Of a DNA stretch of 64,000 nt, positions 36,901 to 45,650 are shown piece after piece; the first letter of the stretch is position 1, and each line of letters begins with the position of its first letter. The stretch lies in NCBI GenBank assembly GCA_002633005.1, contig NMRA01000172.1, forward strand, positions 269,866-333,865, written 5' to 3'. A model generated the notes under the pieces. The model saw nothing but the letters and a program-made list of their open reading frames with translations. It was not told where the DNA came from and did not search any database. Origin of the DNA: Phoronis australis (lineage: Eukaryota > Animalia > Phoronida). Made by a program: the position numbers and the translations under genes.

Positions 36901-39900
36901 TCGGCCTAAAATTGCGGATTTGAAAATAATACATGTACGCATTGCCTGTCACTAAGAGTTTCTCGCGCATTCAACAACAATTCAAGACTGAATGAGCTTG
37001 GTAGTGTTTTTAAACCCCAAAGCGCTTCGATTAAGAATTCATCAGTGACAGCTAAACAGGGTTGAAGTGCACATTATTGCCTTAAACTAAGGGATTTTGA
37101 TATATTAAATCACTAATAAAATTGTTCTTCTTCCTTTTAAGACTTTCAAACTAAAGCTTTAGGCAAATGTTGTGTGTATACATGCAGTGGGCCCTCACCG
37201 TGTCAATATGTTGTGTGTTCAGTACATAAATACATACAGTGGACCCTCACTGTATCCAATATGTTTCACTGCAGGATACCATAGTAGCTCTTCAGGCTCT
37301 AACTGAGTATGCCAAACGTGACACGGATCGGACGAGCTACAACATGAAAATCACAGTCAGTGCTCGTGACTTTGTCAAGACACTAGAATTCACCAGAGAC
37401 AACTACGCCTATCTCCAGCGAATTGAGGTGAGTGCTGGCCTTTATCACACCTACAATTTATTAGTCTGATCTCCAACCCCTTCACTTGCTTTCTGAAGCT
37501 GTGTTGATCTGGGAACAGTGTACATTTTGTTTGTTGGATCAGTGAATAGTTTTTTCATTTGGTAAGTCTAATACTGCTATTTACGTTTTAATTTACCAGG
37601 AAGATTTAGTTTCTGACATTCTCTGCTTCGTTGGTGTTTTTAACAGCAGGTTCTAACTGCTGTTGTCACGGTTTCGTGAATATGCTTTGTATAAATATTA
37701 GTACACTGCTACCGGGTGTGTAGCCTGCACATGCCTGGTGCACAGAAATCGCATCAGACCACCTGCGTATTTTGAGAACAATTTGAATTTCATTTATGTT
37801 ATATTGCCAGTGCTTAAGTAACTGTTCTGTTGTTGGCTTTCAGTTGCCAGTACAGTTTGGAAGTGTGAAGATATCTGCACAAGGCTCTGGCTTGGCGCTG
37901 GTTCAGGTACAGAACATAATTATGTTGTTTGTCCTATGTTGGGTGCAATTTGGTTATTTGTGGACTAGCATTCTCTGTGAAACACGAGTCATGTATGTTG
38001 CACTGGCATTGAGGTTTTGAATGGCATTAACTTCACACAGGTCACTATGGCAATATTATGTTCACACGTGTCATTCTATGGTAATATTAATCCTCTTGAA
38101 ACTTGTAGCCATAGGTAAAGAAAGGTTAGAATTTCATTCACATCTGAAAAATGTTATGGTCAGAAAATGTTATGGTCAGAAAATAAAAACAGGAGCGACC
38201 AGCCTGATACGATCTCTCCTCTTTAGATCTGAAGTCGTTCTAGAGATGGCCATGTTATTGACACTGTGTAGTACTATAGAATTCTGGTTCCACTCATTGC
38301 AGTATGCTGTAAAATTACATAGCTTTGATATTGTAAGAGCTACAGTAAAAGTATGCAGCCGTATTATAAAGCGGACCAGATGTACTTTTTGTATTTTCAA
38401 GTTTTTTATCTTTTATGAGACAAAACTTGTAGAAATACAAAAACGTTTTGAAAAGTACAAGTTAGCCATTTTCTATTCTCTTTTAGCTGGAGACTCAGGT
38501 CAATGTTGAATATCCCTTCCTTCTAAGACAGCCGCCCGTCTCTGCGTATGGTGTGCAGTTGGTGAACGTGACATTTTCAGGACGCAATCTCTCGATCTTT
38601 GATGCTGATGCTTGTGCCATGTAAGGATATTTTTGCTGTTGTAAAAACCTGATTTATCACATTTTCTGTTTCTGGCTATTATTCCATGAGATGTTTTGAA
38701 AGCGTTCAAGAATCAAACTTATGTGAGGATGATGTATGAGGTTACATGCAATCCAGCGAAGGGTGGTTGGTGAATGTAACTGAGTAATATAATTGTGTTT
38801 GACATGAATGCCTTTAACATGACTGCCACGTTGATTGTTGATGTCAAAATGACTAAGTGCCTGTTCTGTTTCATTACAGTTGGAGGCGAACATCAGTTTC
38901 AGCCCAGAGTGGCATGTCTATCCTTGAGGTGGAGCTGCCGTCAGGCTATGAGATTAGGAACACTGTTCTTAACAAACTAGTTGCTGACAACATCTACCCA
39001 CGTGTTAAGAAGGCAGAGTACACCAATAAAAGAGCAATCTACTATTTTGTCTATGTAAGTTGCCTTTTGTGCTTCTTAAAGGGACATTGTCGCTCTTTTG
39101 TCTGAGGAGTGACCAAAGGCTGTAACACAACAAAGTTCGTTGTGTTTTTGTGATTTTATTACCAATTACAAATTCTTACCGTTTTCTGCGAGGCAATCAC
39201 TGATATCCAAGCCGATGTCTTTACTGTTTCCATGCGCTTAAGATAGTTGTGTGGTATTTAGCTGAGTGCAAGAGTGCTTGGAGGCCACTGTGGAATTAGT
39301 GGGCTCGATTCCGCGCTACTGCTAATTTCTAATTTGCTTTTCTCGCTAAGAATGTCCCTTTGAGTTACTAAAACTCAATTGCTTAAAAACACTTTTATTG
39401 ATTCAAAAGCATCTTTGTCCCATGATTTAGTCATTAAGTTTTTGCTCTCAATACAAACTACTCGAGGTGTTTCAGTGTGTTGAACTAATTAGAATCAGAA
39501 AGCACATATCTACGAGAGGCCTGCAGTGTGTCCAGTTTCAAAACTTAGGTTTAGTGAAGTGTGTTGTTCCTTGCAGATAACCTGACATCTCTGTCGAAAT
39601 ATCACTTATTCAAATTTTGTTTATGCGAAATGTATCTTCGCATTCTCAAACACTTTGTGTTAATTGTATCTTTTCACGACGATTAAGAGTTTTGAGAAAA
39701 TTTTTGAATAATTTTTTGGCAGGATGCTCCAGAATTTATAATATTATTCACTTGATAATGCGAAAAGCTAACTGAGCTTTGTTGTAATAGAATACTGGAT
39801 AATGGCAGCTGTCCTGTGTTTTAATTTGTTTTCTCTATTGTTTCAGTTGGATAGTTCATGGACGTGTGTTCATGTGAGGGCTGAACGTTGGTACCCAGTG

Positions 39901-41369
39901 GCTAATTACACCCGCGAGTATGAAGTTAGGGTTTATGACTACTATCAAACATGTAAGTATAGGTTATCAGATGTACATTCAAACATGTAAGTATAGCTTG
40001 TCAGCTGTACATTCAAACATGTAAGTACAGGTTGTCAGCTGTACATTCAAACATGTAAGTACAGGTTGTCAGCTGTACATTCAAACATGTAAGTATAGCT
40101 TGTCAGCTGTACATTCAAACATGTAAGTATAGGTTGTCAGCTGTACATTCAAACATGTAAGTACAGGTTGTCAGCTGTACATTCTTGAAACTGTCCCATG
40201 TGACAAATTATCTGTAAAGTGTGCTACAGGCAAAAGTATTCAGTCTAAAGCACTGTACAGTCAGTGAACTATTGCAGTAACATTTATATTCCTAGTTTTA
40301 TTTCATTACTTTAAATGTAGACTGCATGGTGGGACGTGCATGGTGGAATGTGCATGCATGCCAGTGCTGGAAAAATCAACAGCGCTTGGTTTAGATAAAT
40401 GGCAGTGGGTCGCTAAAAATGAAGGCCATATTGGCATCACAGAATGTTCTGCTTATAGTGCAATACTTGCAGCAACTCTTACAACTTGCTGGTTACATTT
40501 ATTCTGCCGTTTATTGTTTATTAATAAATTACTTCTAAATTTTTGACATACTCTCATCTGTCATTGTGTAGCCCAATGTGTTTGCTGAGAGACAAACGTA
40601 AACCTTCAAGCACGAAAATTTCAAAATTAGTTGTTCAAACTTAAACTTGTGTCAGAACAACTTAAATGAACAGGTCTCATCAGATTTTGACCCTTTGTAA
40701 TCCTGCCCCTTAAAGGTCATGTTGTTGGTGTGCTTGGTTGCACACTATCTGGACACCAACACGTGTTGTCTTGCTCACGCACGGAGGGCGGTAAACTTGT
40801 CACATGACAGATAATAGTTGAGCTATTATCCAAGTGGAGTGCTGCATGCTCATGGATTGTCTGCTTTGCAGTCAAGTCAACCTTTCACAGGCAGCTCATC
40901 GTGGCATGGCTTGGTGCTGGCTCTGAAACTCTTTTCCTCAGACACTTAACTTTGACAGAATCTGTTGGGACAATCTGCTTTACTAATGGATAATATTTTG
41001 TATGACTTGTGGGGATGCGTTGGAATATTGTAATTGTTATTTCCATGGTTTTTTGTTAATATCGATTGAAAGTGGGACTTTTTGATCACTACAACAAAAT
41101 TTATGCACAGATTCTACTTTTGTTTGATGAATATTTATTATTTATTTCATTTTTCAGCCAATCACAACACGTCGATGTACTGGGCCGAAGGTCTCACGCG
41201 TCTTGACGTCTGCCAAGTGTGTGGCTCTTGGCAGTGTCCCTACTGTCCCTTCTACAATACAGCGACATCTGGTGCTGGATTCAGCATCGTTCTTCTGGTC
41301 ACGTCTGTGTTAGTGAGTCTGTTTCATTACAACTGGATCACCTTCAGAGCCGGCGTATCTGTTAGATAA
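851..41369 (+). CDS. Mcr: Gene 1: Mcr/TEP6-like (CD109-like) thioester-containing protein, multi-exon, membrane-anchored
   Basis: Hand-built exon chain with GT-AG boundaries and consistent phases: 851-948,1857-2040,2804-2972,4541-4611,5990-6041,[8515-8588|9291-9367],11279-11318,12216-12300,14664-14772,15659-15886,16280-16471,17204-17308,17742-17804,18657-18848,(N gap 19651),19994-20131,20980-21028,21458-21574,[23448-23553|24899-25004],26081-26198,26735-26965,27269-27397,30037-30208,30928-31116,32023-32262,32713-32849,33650-33824,36020-36252,37275-37427,37844-37906,38487-38620,38880-39054,39847-39952,41158-41369. A2M-family motifs: TYLLAAP, FIQLSKPLY, FKPGMPY, PYACGEQ, SVWLTAF, LTAYVLISL, GGFSATADTIVALQAL, LEVELPSGY, VYDYY. 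The LDLa module plus C-terminal CQVCGSWQCPYC point to the Mcr subfamily; orthology not tested. Confidence 0.9.
1130..1370 (-). mobile_element. tRNA-derived SINE with 12-bp target-site duplication
   Basis: Minus strand: A-box-like TGGCCTGGTTG, B-box GGTTCAAGTCC, then CCCTTGAGC core-like motif; flanked by direct repeat TGTCTTCTCATA at 1118-1129 and 1371-1382. Confidence 0.8.
1857..2040 (+). CDS. Gene 1 exon 2 (MG1)
   Basis: TYLLAAPRKVRPNQ...QVMQMK; 184 nt, same as paralog exon 56020-56203. Confidence 0.95.
2804..2972 (+). CDS. Gene 1 exon 3
   Basis: MPENTVVANYTLRVEG...FIQLSKPLYKQEQT; 169 nt as in paralog. Confidence 0.95.
4541..4611 (+). CDS. Gene 1 exon 4
   Basis: VRFRVVPLQTNLQPSHTDMNIFVY; 71 nt as in paralog. 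Confidence 0.9.
5526..5768. repeat. 55-bp minisatellite, ~4.3 copies
   Basis: GAATACTGCAGTATATGA...CTCTGCTCAACA repeated at 5532, 5587, 5642, 5697, 5752. Confidence 0.95.
5990..6041 (+). CDS. Gene 1 exon 5
   Basis: DANGGLVRRWLNQQTNS; 52 nt as in paralog. Confidence 0.9.
7180..7650. repeat. Degenerate ~20-bp tandem array
   Basis: Recurrent TTTCAATTCATGCACACGTG-like units; generates several spurious ORFs. Confidence 0.8.
8205..8410. repeat. 38-bp C/T-rich minisatellite, ~5.5 copies, upstream of exon 6a
   Basis: TGGTTTACCCTGTCCTAACCTCCTACCCCCTCCTGTGT with period 38 (8221, 8259, 8297, 8335, 8373). Confidence 0.95.
8515..8588 (+). CDS. Gene 1 exon 6a (putative mutually exclusive)
   Basis: (G)ILSMSLALSGGMGFGQWTIKVVAF; ATAG acceptor, CACTAAC branch point at 8491, GTAAGT donor; phase 1 to 0. 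Confidence 0.8.
9291..9367 (+). CDS. Gene 1 exon 6b (putative mutually exclusive)
   Basis: (G)ILSREFRLGKPYIAFGTWTIKVVAL; GTAG acceptor, GTGAGT donor; phase 1 to 0. Confidence 0.85.
11279..11318 (+). CDS. Gene 1 exon 7
   Basis: GHEYFKNFVVEEF; 40 nt as in paralog. Confidence 0.9.
11835..12150. mobile_element. Degenerate inverted tRNA-derived repeat
   Basis: B-box GGTTCGATTCCC on - strand (11912-11923), tRNA 5'-half TAGCTCATTGGTAAGAGCAC on + strand (from 12117), internal inverted segments. Confidence 0.55.
12216..12300 (+). CDS. Gene 1 exon 8
   Basis: YGPRFYVNVSTAQYIMSDSFGLSGTVSS; 85 nt as in paralog. Confidence 0.9.
12990..13104. repeat. Palindromic MITE-like hairpin (35-bp perfect arms)
   Basis: TCTCAGATTTATGACATGGGCAAAACCTCTTGGAA (12990-13024) and its exact reverse complement (13070-13104). 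Confidence 0.9.
13163..13447. repeat. 23-bp minisatellite, ~12 copies
   Basis: CAGAAATAACGCATAGCTATAAA. Confidence 0.95.
14664..14772 (+). CDS. Gene 1 exon 9
   Basis: HSSGYATRGNGTITLTIIDP...RDIPY; homologous to 62609-62720. Confidence 0.9.
15659..15886 (+). CDS. Gene 1 exon 10
   Basis: FHGRTDFLFTRQEME...SFKPGMPYTVY. Confidence 0.95.
16280..16471 (+). CDS. Gene 1 exon 11
   Basis: LSASNEDRTP...DELITLE; phase 0-0. Confidence 0.85.
17204..17308 (+). CDS. Gene 1 exon 12
   Basis: ARYEDFSTRYKMQAYRQYSPSDSYIQITTSTTDTK (TEP YSPS..YIQI motif). Confidence 0.9.
17742..17804 (+). CDS. Gene 1 exon 13
   Basis: VNEYMIFNVHTNTIVDQLYYM. Confidence 0.85.
18657..18848 (+). CDS. Gene 1 exon 14
   Basis: IVASGNIVF...DMVPSARIIVYF...EVVSDSVNFYVKGTSMNT. 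Confidence 0.92.
18795..19650 (+). repeat. 65-bp minisatellite (13+ copies) built from the exon 14 3' end + donor site; ends at N gap
   Basis: GAGGTTGTGTCTGACAGTATGAACTTCTATGTCAAGGGAACTAGTATGAACACT|GTATGTATCAT. Confidence 0.97.
19994..20131 (+). CDS. Gene 1 exon 15 (first visible after gap)
   Basis: VIDELLTYDAHANSSFGHTW...YAPDANKTFA. Confidence 0.9.
20980..21028 (+). CDS. Gene 1 exon 16
   Basis: FAGLHVFTDAKLIEVK (A2M linker motif GL.VFTD). Confidence 0.9.
21458..21574 (+). CDS. Gene 1 exon 17 (LDL-receptor class A module)
   Basis: NCNFTLGWLPCWNGECYRNHTRCNGVFDCKKDGADEFG(C): LDLa Cys pattern with DC..D..DE..C; phase 1-1 exon. Confidence 0.92.
23448..23553 (+). CDS. Gene 1 exon 18a (putative mutually exclusive, bait-like region)
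   Basis: (C)EKSDTFQVDTKFWNSKHIDHHFLDYDWLWEQAYTK; 106 nt, phase 1 to 2. Confidence 0.85.
24899..25004 (+). CDS. Gene 1 exon 18b (putative mutually exclusive, bait-like region)
   Basis: (C)PKPKADQYDATLWRTAHIGKLYMGNDWAWQESFTK; 106 nt, phase 1 to 2. Confidence 0.85.
26081..26198 (+). CDS. Gene 1 exon 19
   Basis: PDGRIDIKVKVPNHPGSWVINAFGMSRNKGLGF. Confidence 0.92.
26735..26965 (+). CDS. Gene 1 exon 20
   Basis: YDATRPFYMVVE...GEQVGFRVTIFNYW. Confidence 0.95.
27269..27397 (+). CDS. Gene 1 exon 21
   Basis: VKAGTSRYVFFPVLPKKVGHVEVTISA...FYVE. Confidence 0.92.
27590..29170. mobile_element. Dispersed non-autonomous repeat with recurrent (G)CGCC(T/A)CCTAGTGGC motifs; related copies ~10790-10920, 18320-18630, 42300-42700
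   Basis: Shared segments (CAACCAAACCACT; CCTACTGTGAAGAG; CCTAGTGGCAATTTCATTTT) between loci; CTGTCCGTCTG near the left end. Confidence 0.65.
30037..30208 (+). CDS. Gene 1 exon 22
   Basis: ANGVTNYYHTPFLLDL...LYVPGSQKVTVSAV; AAG acceptor. Confidence 0.9.
30928..31116 (+). CDS. Gene 1 exon 23 (thioester motif)
   Basis: GDVIGPG...LREPYACGEQSMFNFAYNLYNLKFLK; CGEQ codons at 30999-31010. Confidence 0.95.
32023..32262 (+). CDS. Gene 1 exon 24 (thioester domain)
   Basis: ...PSVWLTAFTVATM...WLCSQQN...GSFK. Confidence 0.9.
32713..32849 (+). CDS. Gene 1 exon 25 (thioester domain)
   Basis: ELAQVYDRNM...VTLTAYVLISL. Confidence 0.92.
33650..33824 (+). CDS. Gene 1 exon 26
   Basis: DARAKVD...DPYTMAIVCYAL. 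Confidence 0.92.
36020..36252 (+). CDS. Gene 1 exon 27
   Basis: YWS...VAASSYALM...VMKWLQTMRNTVGGFSATA. Confidence 0.95.
37275..37427 (+). CDS. Gene 1 exon 28
   Basis: DTIVALQALTEYA... Confidence 0.95.
37844..37906 (+). CDS. Gene 1 exon 29
   Basis: LPVQFGSVKISAQGSGLALVQ. Confidence 0.9.
38487..38620 (+). CDS. Gene 1 exon 30
   Basis: LETQVNVEYPFL...FSGRNLSIFDADAC. Confidence 0.88.
38880..39054 (+). CDS. Gene 1 exon 31 (A2M receptor-binding/MG8 domain)
   Basis: SGMSILEVELPSGY...IYYFVY. Confidence 0.95.
39847..39952 (+). CDS. Gene 1 exon 32
   Basis: LDSSWTCVHVRAERWYPVANYT...VRVYDYYQT. Confidence 0.95.
39945..40184 (+). repeat. 34-bp minisatellite (7 copies) built from the exon 32 3' end + donor site
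   Basis: TCAAACAT|GTAAGTATAGGTTGTCAGCTGTACAT, period 34. Confidence 0.95.
41158..41369 (+). CDS. Gene 1 terminal exon 33 (Cys motif + hydrophobic anchor)
   Basis: DVCQVCGSWQCPYCPFYN then GAGFSIVLLVTSVLVSLF hydrophobic stretch; TAA stop. Confidence 0.93.
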
Positions 41370-43989
41370 TAAATGCACAGAGTTAGCTGTACATCTGAAT
41401 TGCGAATCTTTCAAACAGCTGCATATTTGTTATGACAGAGGTATTCAGCTAATCTGAATTTAAACAAATACAATTGATTTTTAGTAATTTGCAGTTTAAT
41501 ACATGCAATACTAGAAGGCTTTAACCAAACACAATCTAATTTGAATTTAAACTAAAGGATATATTCTTGTAAAACTCAGGTGTCTGGTCGATGTATGATA
41601 TCATGATTCACTGAAAAGTTGTCGTCTTGCAAGCAGACACTGTTATGGTGGTGTGGTTGATCAGATATTGATTTGGTGCTGTTGATCTTTAACAGAGTGC
41701 TGTGTCTCAGCCAGTTTCTGTCAACAACAATGGCTGGATGTTGATTTGTGTACATCTAAAATTATTTGCACAATTGTACAGATACATGATCCTGCATTTT
41801 ATGCGCCCACAAGTATACATGTGTGTGCATTATGCTGTTATCCCCATCGTTCCGGCATCCGTCTGACCAGCCTCTGGTGCTGCTTCTCCAAAATCCCAGG
41901 ATGCAATGTGCTGACTGTATTCTCATCCTTATTTTGAAGGTCATGTGACTTGACTCGCCTGATAGTTGTCGTTACTTTACATCATAGATAATGCCTCACC
42001 ACGACATGCGTGTGAAGGAAATTATCATAGTTTAAAAAAGGCTGTAACAAATAGACAAAGTATTGTTTCTTTGTTGTTCAGTTATTAATCTGTACATATT
42101 GCATTATTCTAAGTATCCAACTAGAAATATAATTTGTAGGCAAGTGCTGAGTCTTTGAGACAAGCTTTGATTTATTTAGCACCAGCCCAGTATACACTGT
42201 ATTTGTTGGGAGGGACAAGACTTCGTTGCTAAGTCTTTTCACGTCATGTTATTGCCAAACACGAGCTGGAATAAATTGGAACGATCTAGGTAGTAGTTTA
42301 ATCGTGGATCGCACTGGCAAATTTTCGGATGGATTCGACTGTTAATGTTCCCCTAGAGGCAACTTGTTTTTTACGTTTGCATTTTTTATCTTTGGAATTC
42401 AAGAAAGATTTTCATGAAATTTTGGCAAATAGGTATCTGTTAAGGAGGCAATGACATCTTCTTGTTTTCAGATGGATCAGACCTATTGTATGCCACCTAG
42501 TGGCTATTTTTAGTATTTTTGAGTGGGTTTTGGCATCTGCCTCTATCAGCCAAACCACTCCAATATTCGTTGCACCCCCTAGTGGTCTTTTGATTGTTTT
42601 TTTGTCTGTTGGTTGAGGTCCGCTTCCCCATTCTCCAAGTTGCGAAGAATCATGACTTGCTGACTTGTTATGCGCCCCTAGTGGCTATTTTAAGTGTACT
42701 TTGCTACTAGCGTTGCTCTCTTTTCTGGGAATGTTTAAAAATCATAATTGTCTCTTGTACCTGCGCTGTTTTGGTGCACATGGTGGGCACATATCAATGC
42801 CCAACATTTCTCTTGTTTATTGATAACTGACCTAAGTTTGCTGGTTTGATTGGACCAATGTGTGCAAAGTTTTGTTTAACTGTACATGACATTGTAATTC
42901 CTATAATCTTTTTAGTGTTGTCAGAATGATTGTTAAAGCTCAAATTGCAACATAATCTACCTTAAGTACGTCGTTTTCGTCTGCTGGAAATAAAAAATCG
43001 CAGGAGTGTGAAACACCAATGAATAGTGAACAACATGTGAACAATGTGATGAGACGTAATACGACTGCTGGAAATGAAGTATTATGGGTATTTATTTTTG
43101 ATTAAGTGACGTCATTTGTATTCATGATGAGGCCGTTAGTCTTCAATGACTGATGTGGAAGATATTAATGATGAAGTTGTGATAATGGTACAACACAGTG
43201 ATCAAGCTTTTATTGCAGTTGTTATTATTGTATACAAATCCATTTTGAAAAACCAAAATAGTGTGTTACCTCCTACGAGTGCTAGTCTTAGAATTTGTTT
43301 ATTAATTACTTGTATAATTTTGCCATGTGAAGTCAAGTTTAAACTGCATGCAATTAAGAGATTCCATATTTATACTCAAATAATTAACACAAACTGAAGT
43401 AGTCTTTAGACATTCACAGATAGTGCTAAGTTTGTTCATGGTACACCACCCGATAGAAATGACGTGTATGTGGTATGTTTATACTATGATAATCATTGTT
43501 TTTCAAGATTAAGTGACACTTTGATTAGATGAAAGGCTTAAAAAGATGCCTATCATTTTTTTGGGAAATGACATTGTGTATAGGTGTGTGTGTAAATTGT
43601 ATGAGATTTTGAACGATTGATGGCTTGTACATATTTTTATATTGGTGTTGGGAGTAAAGATGTTTTAGTTAAAGACATTGAGTCCTGCTTTCTGTAAAAA
43701 ACCGTGTTTTGATTTTGGCCCCTTACTGTTATAAAATTGGTTTTGCCTTGTTCGATACTCTGTTTAGAGGTGACCTTTGAGGCCGGAAATCACACCTGTT
43801 TTGACTTTGAACTGTGGGCTGAGCCATCCAGGTAAATTGTGGTATGCTTATTGGCCAAGCTATTGTACATTTATACATAAACTTGAAACGATTCCAGGCT
43901 TTATATAAGACTTTCTGCTGTGACATTCCATTTACCTAACAATTTTGTCTTCATGAATGACCAACATTCCATATTGTAAATGCTGTATA

Positions 43990-43995
43990 AATAAA
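43990..43995 (+). terminator. Probable distal poly(A) signal of gene 1 (3' UTR ~2.6 kb)
   Basis: AATAAA followed by a GT-rich tract (gtgtctggtgttgatttt); sequence becomes visibly CpG-richer just downstream. Confidence 0.45.
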
Positions 43996-44512
43996 AGATT
44001 TGATACAGTGTCTGGTGTTGATTTTCATTCTTGTAGGTTTAGGAATTGTCTCCAGTCAAAAACTGACAGGCATCCGCATTTTCCGTGCTCACTTGTATGT
44101 AGCGCTGCGTGTAAGAAAAAAGTGTGGTCCGTGAGAAAAGAATTGTGGTACATCAGAAAAAGGAAAAGAAAATTATACAGCTCACGAGAGAATTGTGTTC
44201 AGGAAAAAAAATGCTGTTAGTGATAACGCCCGTGAGTTGAGGGGAACGGAATGGTTGTCAACCTGTTAGTAAAAATACTTGTAAATTTTACAAACTAGCT
44301 TTTATCGTCTATTAAATGGGTTTGACGATTTCCTATCCAACAGCAAAAGTCTTAGTACCTAGATTTCACTATACCCACAAATGACTCCTCCCTGATTTAG
44401 TTATCGGTTTTGAATCAGTTGAATCGTGCAGTTATAGGAATTATGCTCAATAGGAGTGATTTGTGTGTTGACGATTTTTTTTAAAACACCAATGTTTTTC
44501 ATGTGCTATGAC

Positions 44513-44668
44513 CAGTGCTGTAGTGGAGCGTAAGCGCACGTTGGCGCAGCCAACAACCTTTTGGTATTTGAACGTAGAGCCTACGCACCGTAAGTTAGGT
44601 TCAGTGCTCAAGGTGATACGATGGGCTTTGGGCGCCTACTTACCTCTAATTTTACCACTACAGCACTG
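44513..44668. mobile_element. hAT-type MITE
   Basis: 14-bp TIR CAGTGCTGTAGTGG / CCACTACAGCACTG and perfect 8-bp TSD GCTATGAC. Confidence 0.9.
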
Positions 44669-45489
44669 GCTATGACAGTAGTATTCTTAGAAAACTCCTA
44701 CGTCGTGCTTTTATGGGTGTTTATTTTATGCTTACCTCAGCACTTAACGAAAACAATGGTCACCTTTCTGGTTACTGCATACCCAAGTTTGCACACTTGG
44801 TCGCGTGCCATAATTGCAAGACACTCTCGAAACGCTGGCTCGTGGCGAGAAATCTTCACACATGGCATAGAAATTGTTCAGTAAATTCTATGCCCTAATT
44901 CCCCCTCTGGCCATTCACTTCAGTGGCCGCGCCATTTTGCTGGTGTACGCTGCTAAGGCTCCGAGCATACTCTCGAAACACCTTTCACACACTTGATTTT
45001 GCGTGGTCTTATGTGACCTCGCCAAACTCGCGAGAAACTTACTTTACGGAATGCAGCCCTGTTGACGAGTAATTGCGACACCATCCTAACATACCACGCA
45101 TTCTCCGTTTTTTTTTGTTCGACGAGTTACTTTGAAATGGTACATCAATCAAACGCGTGTGAAGATGATATATGAGGTTAGGCTACATATAGTTGCAATC
45201 CAGCAAAGGTTGTTGGTGAATGTAAGTCCAGAAATCGCACATATTTTGACAAAGGAACAATTTGAGACCAATCCCATAAGGGTGTGTGCGGGCCTAAATC
45301 AAAATTTGTTTTTTTGACAGAGCATGAGATTAATGCCACAATAAAGATTTCCGGCATCTTTTATAATCATTCTATCAGTGGTGCACATTTACATTTGTTT
45401 GTCTCAGAACTGATAGCTTAAAGCTGGGTAAAATGCCCCTCGGCCATGGTAAGTACCTATACACAACTTTGTACTATGATGACTGTTCG

Positions 45490-45650
45490 CAGTGGCAGAT
45501 TTAGAGGGGGGGGCAAGGGGGCCATGCCCCCTCCTAAAATTCTCCAAGATTCCATTGGGCAGTTCGGGAGTGCCAATGTCTGACAGGCAAAATCCTGGCT
45601 AATACTCTGCTCTGCCCCCCCCCTAACTCAAAATCCTGGATCCGCCCATG
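45490..45650. mobile_element. MITE with imperfect TIRs and apparent 5-bp TSD
   Basis: CAGTGGCAGATTTAG ... CTGGATCCGCCCATG; GTTCG on both flanks. Confidence 0.7.

Noticed and set aside
38021-38509. 162-aa ORF (similarly 21470-21988 minus strand and 59956-60366)
   Set aside because: Mostly intronic, no recognisable motifs, overlapping true exons in other frames; chance ORFs.
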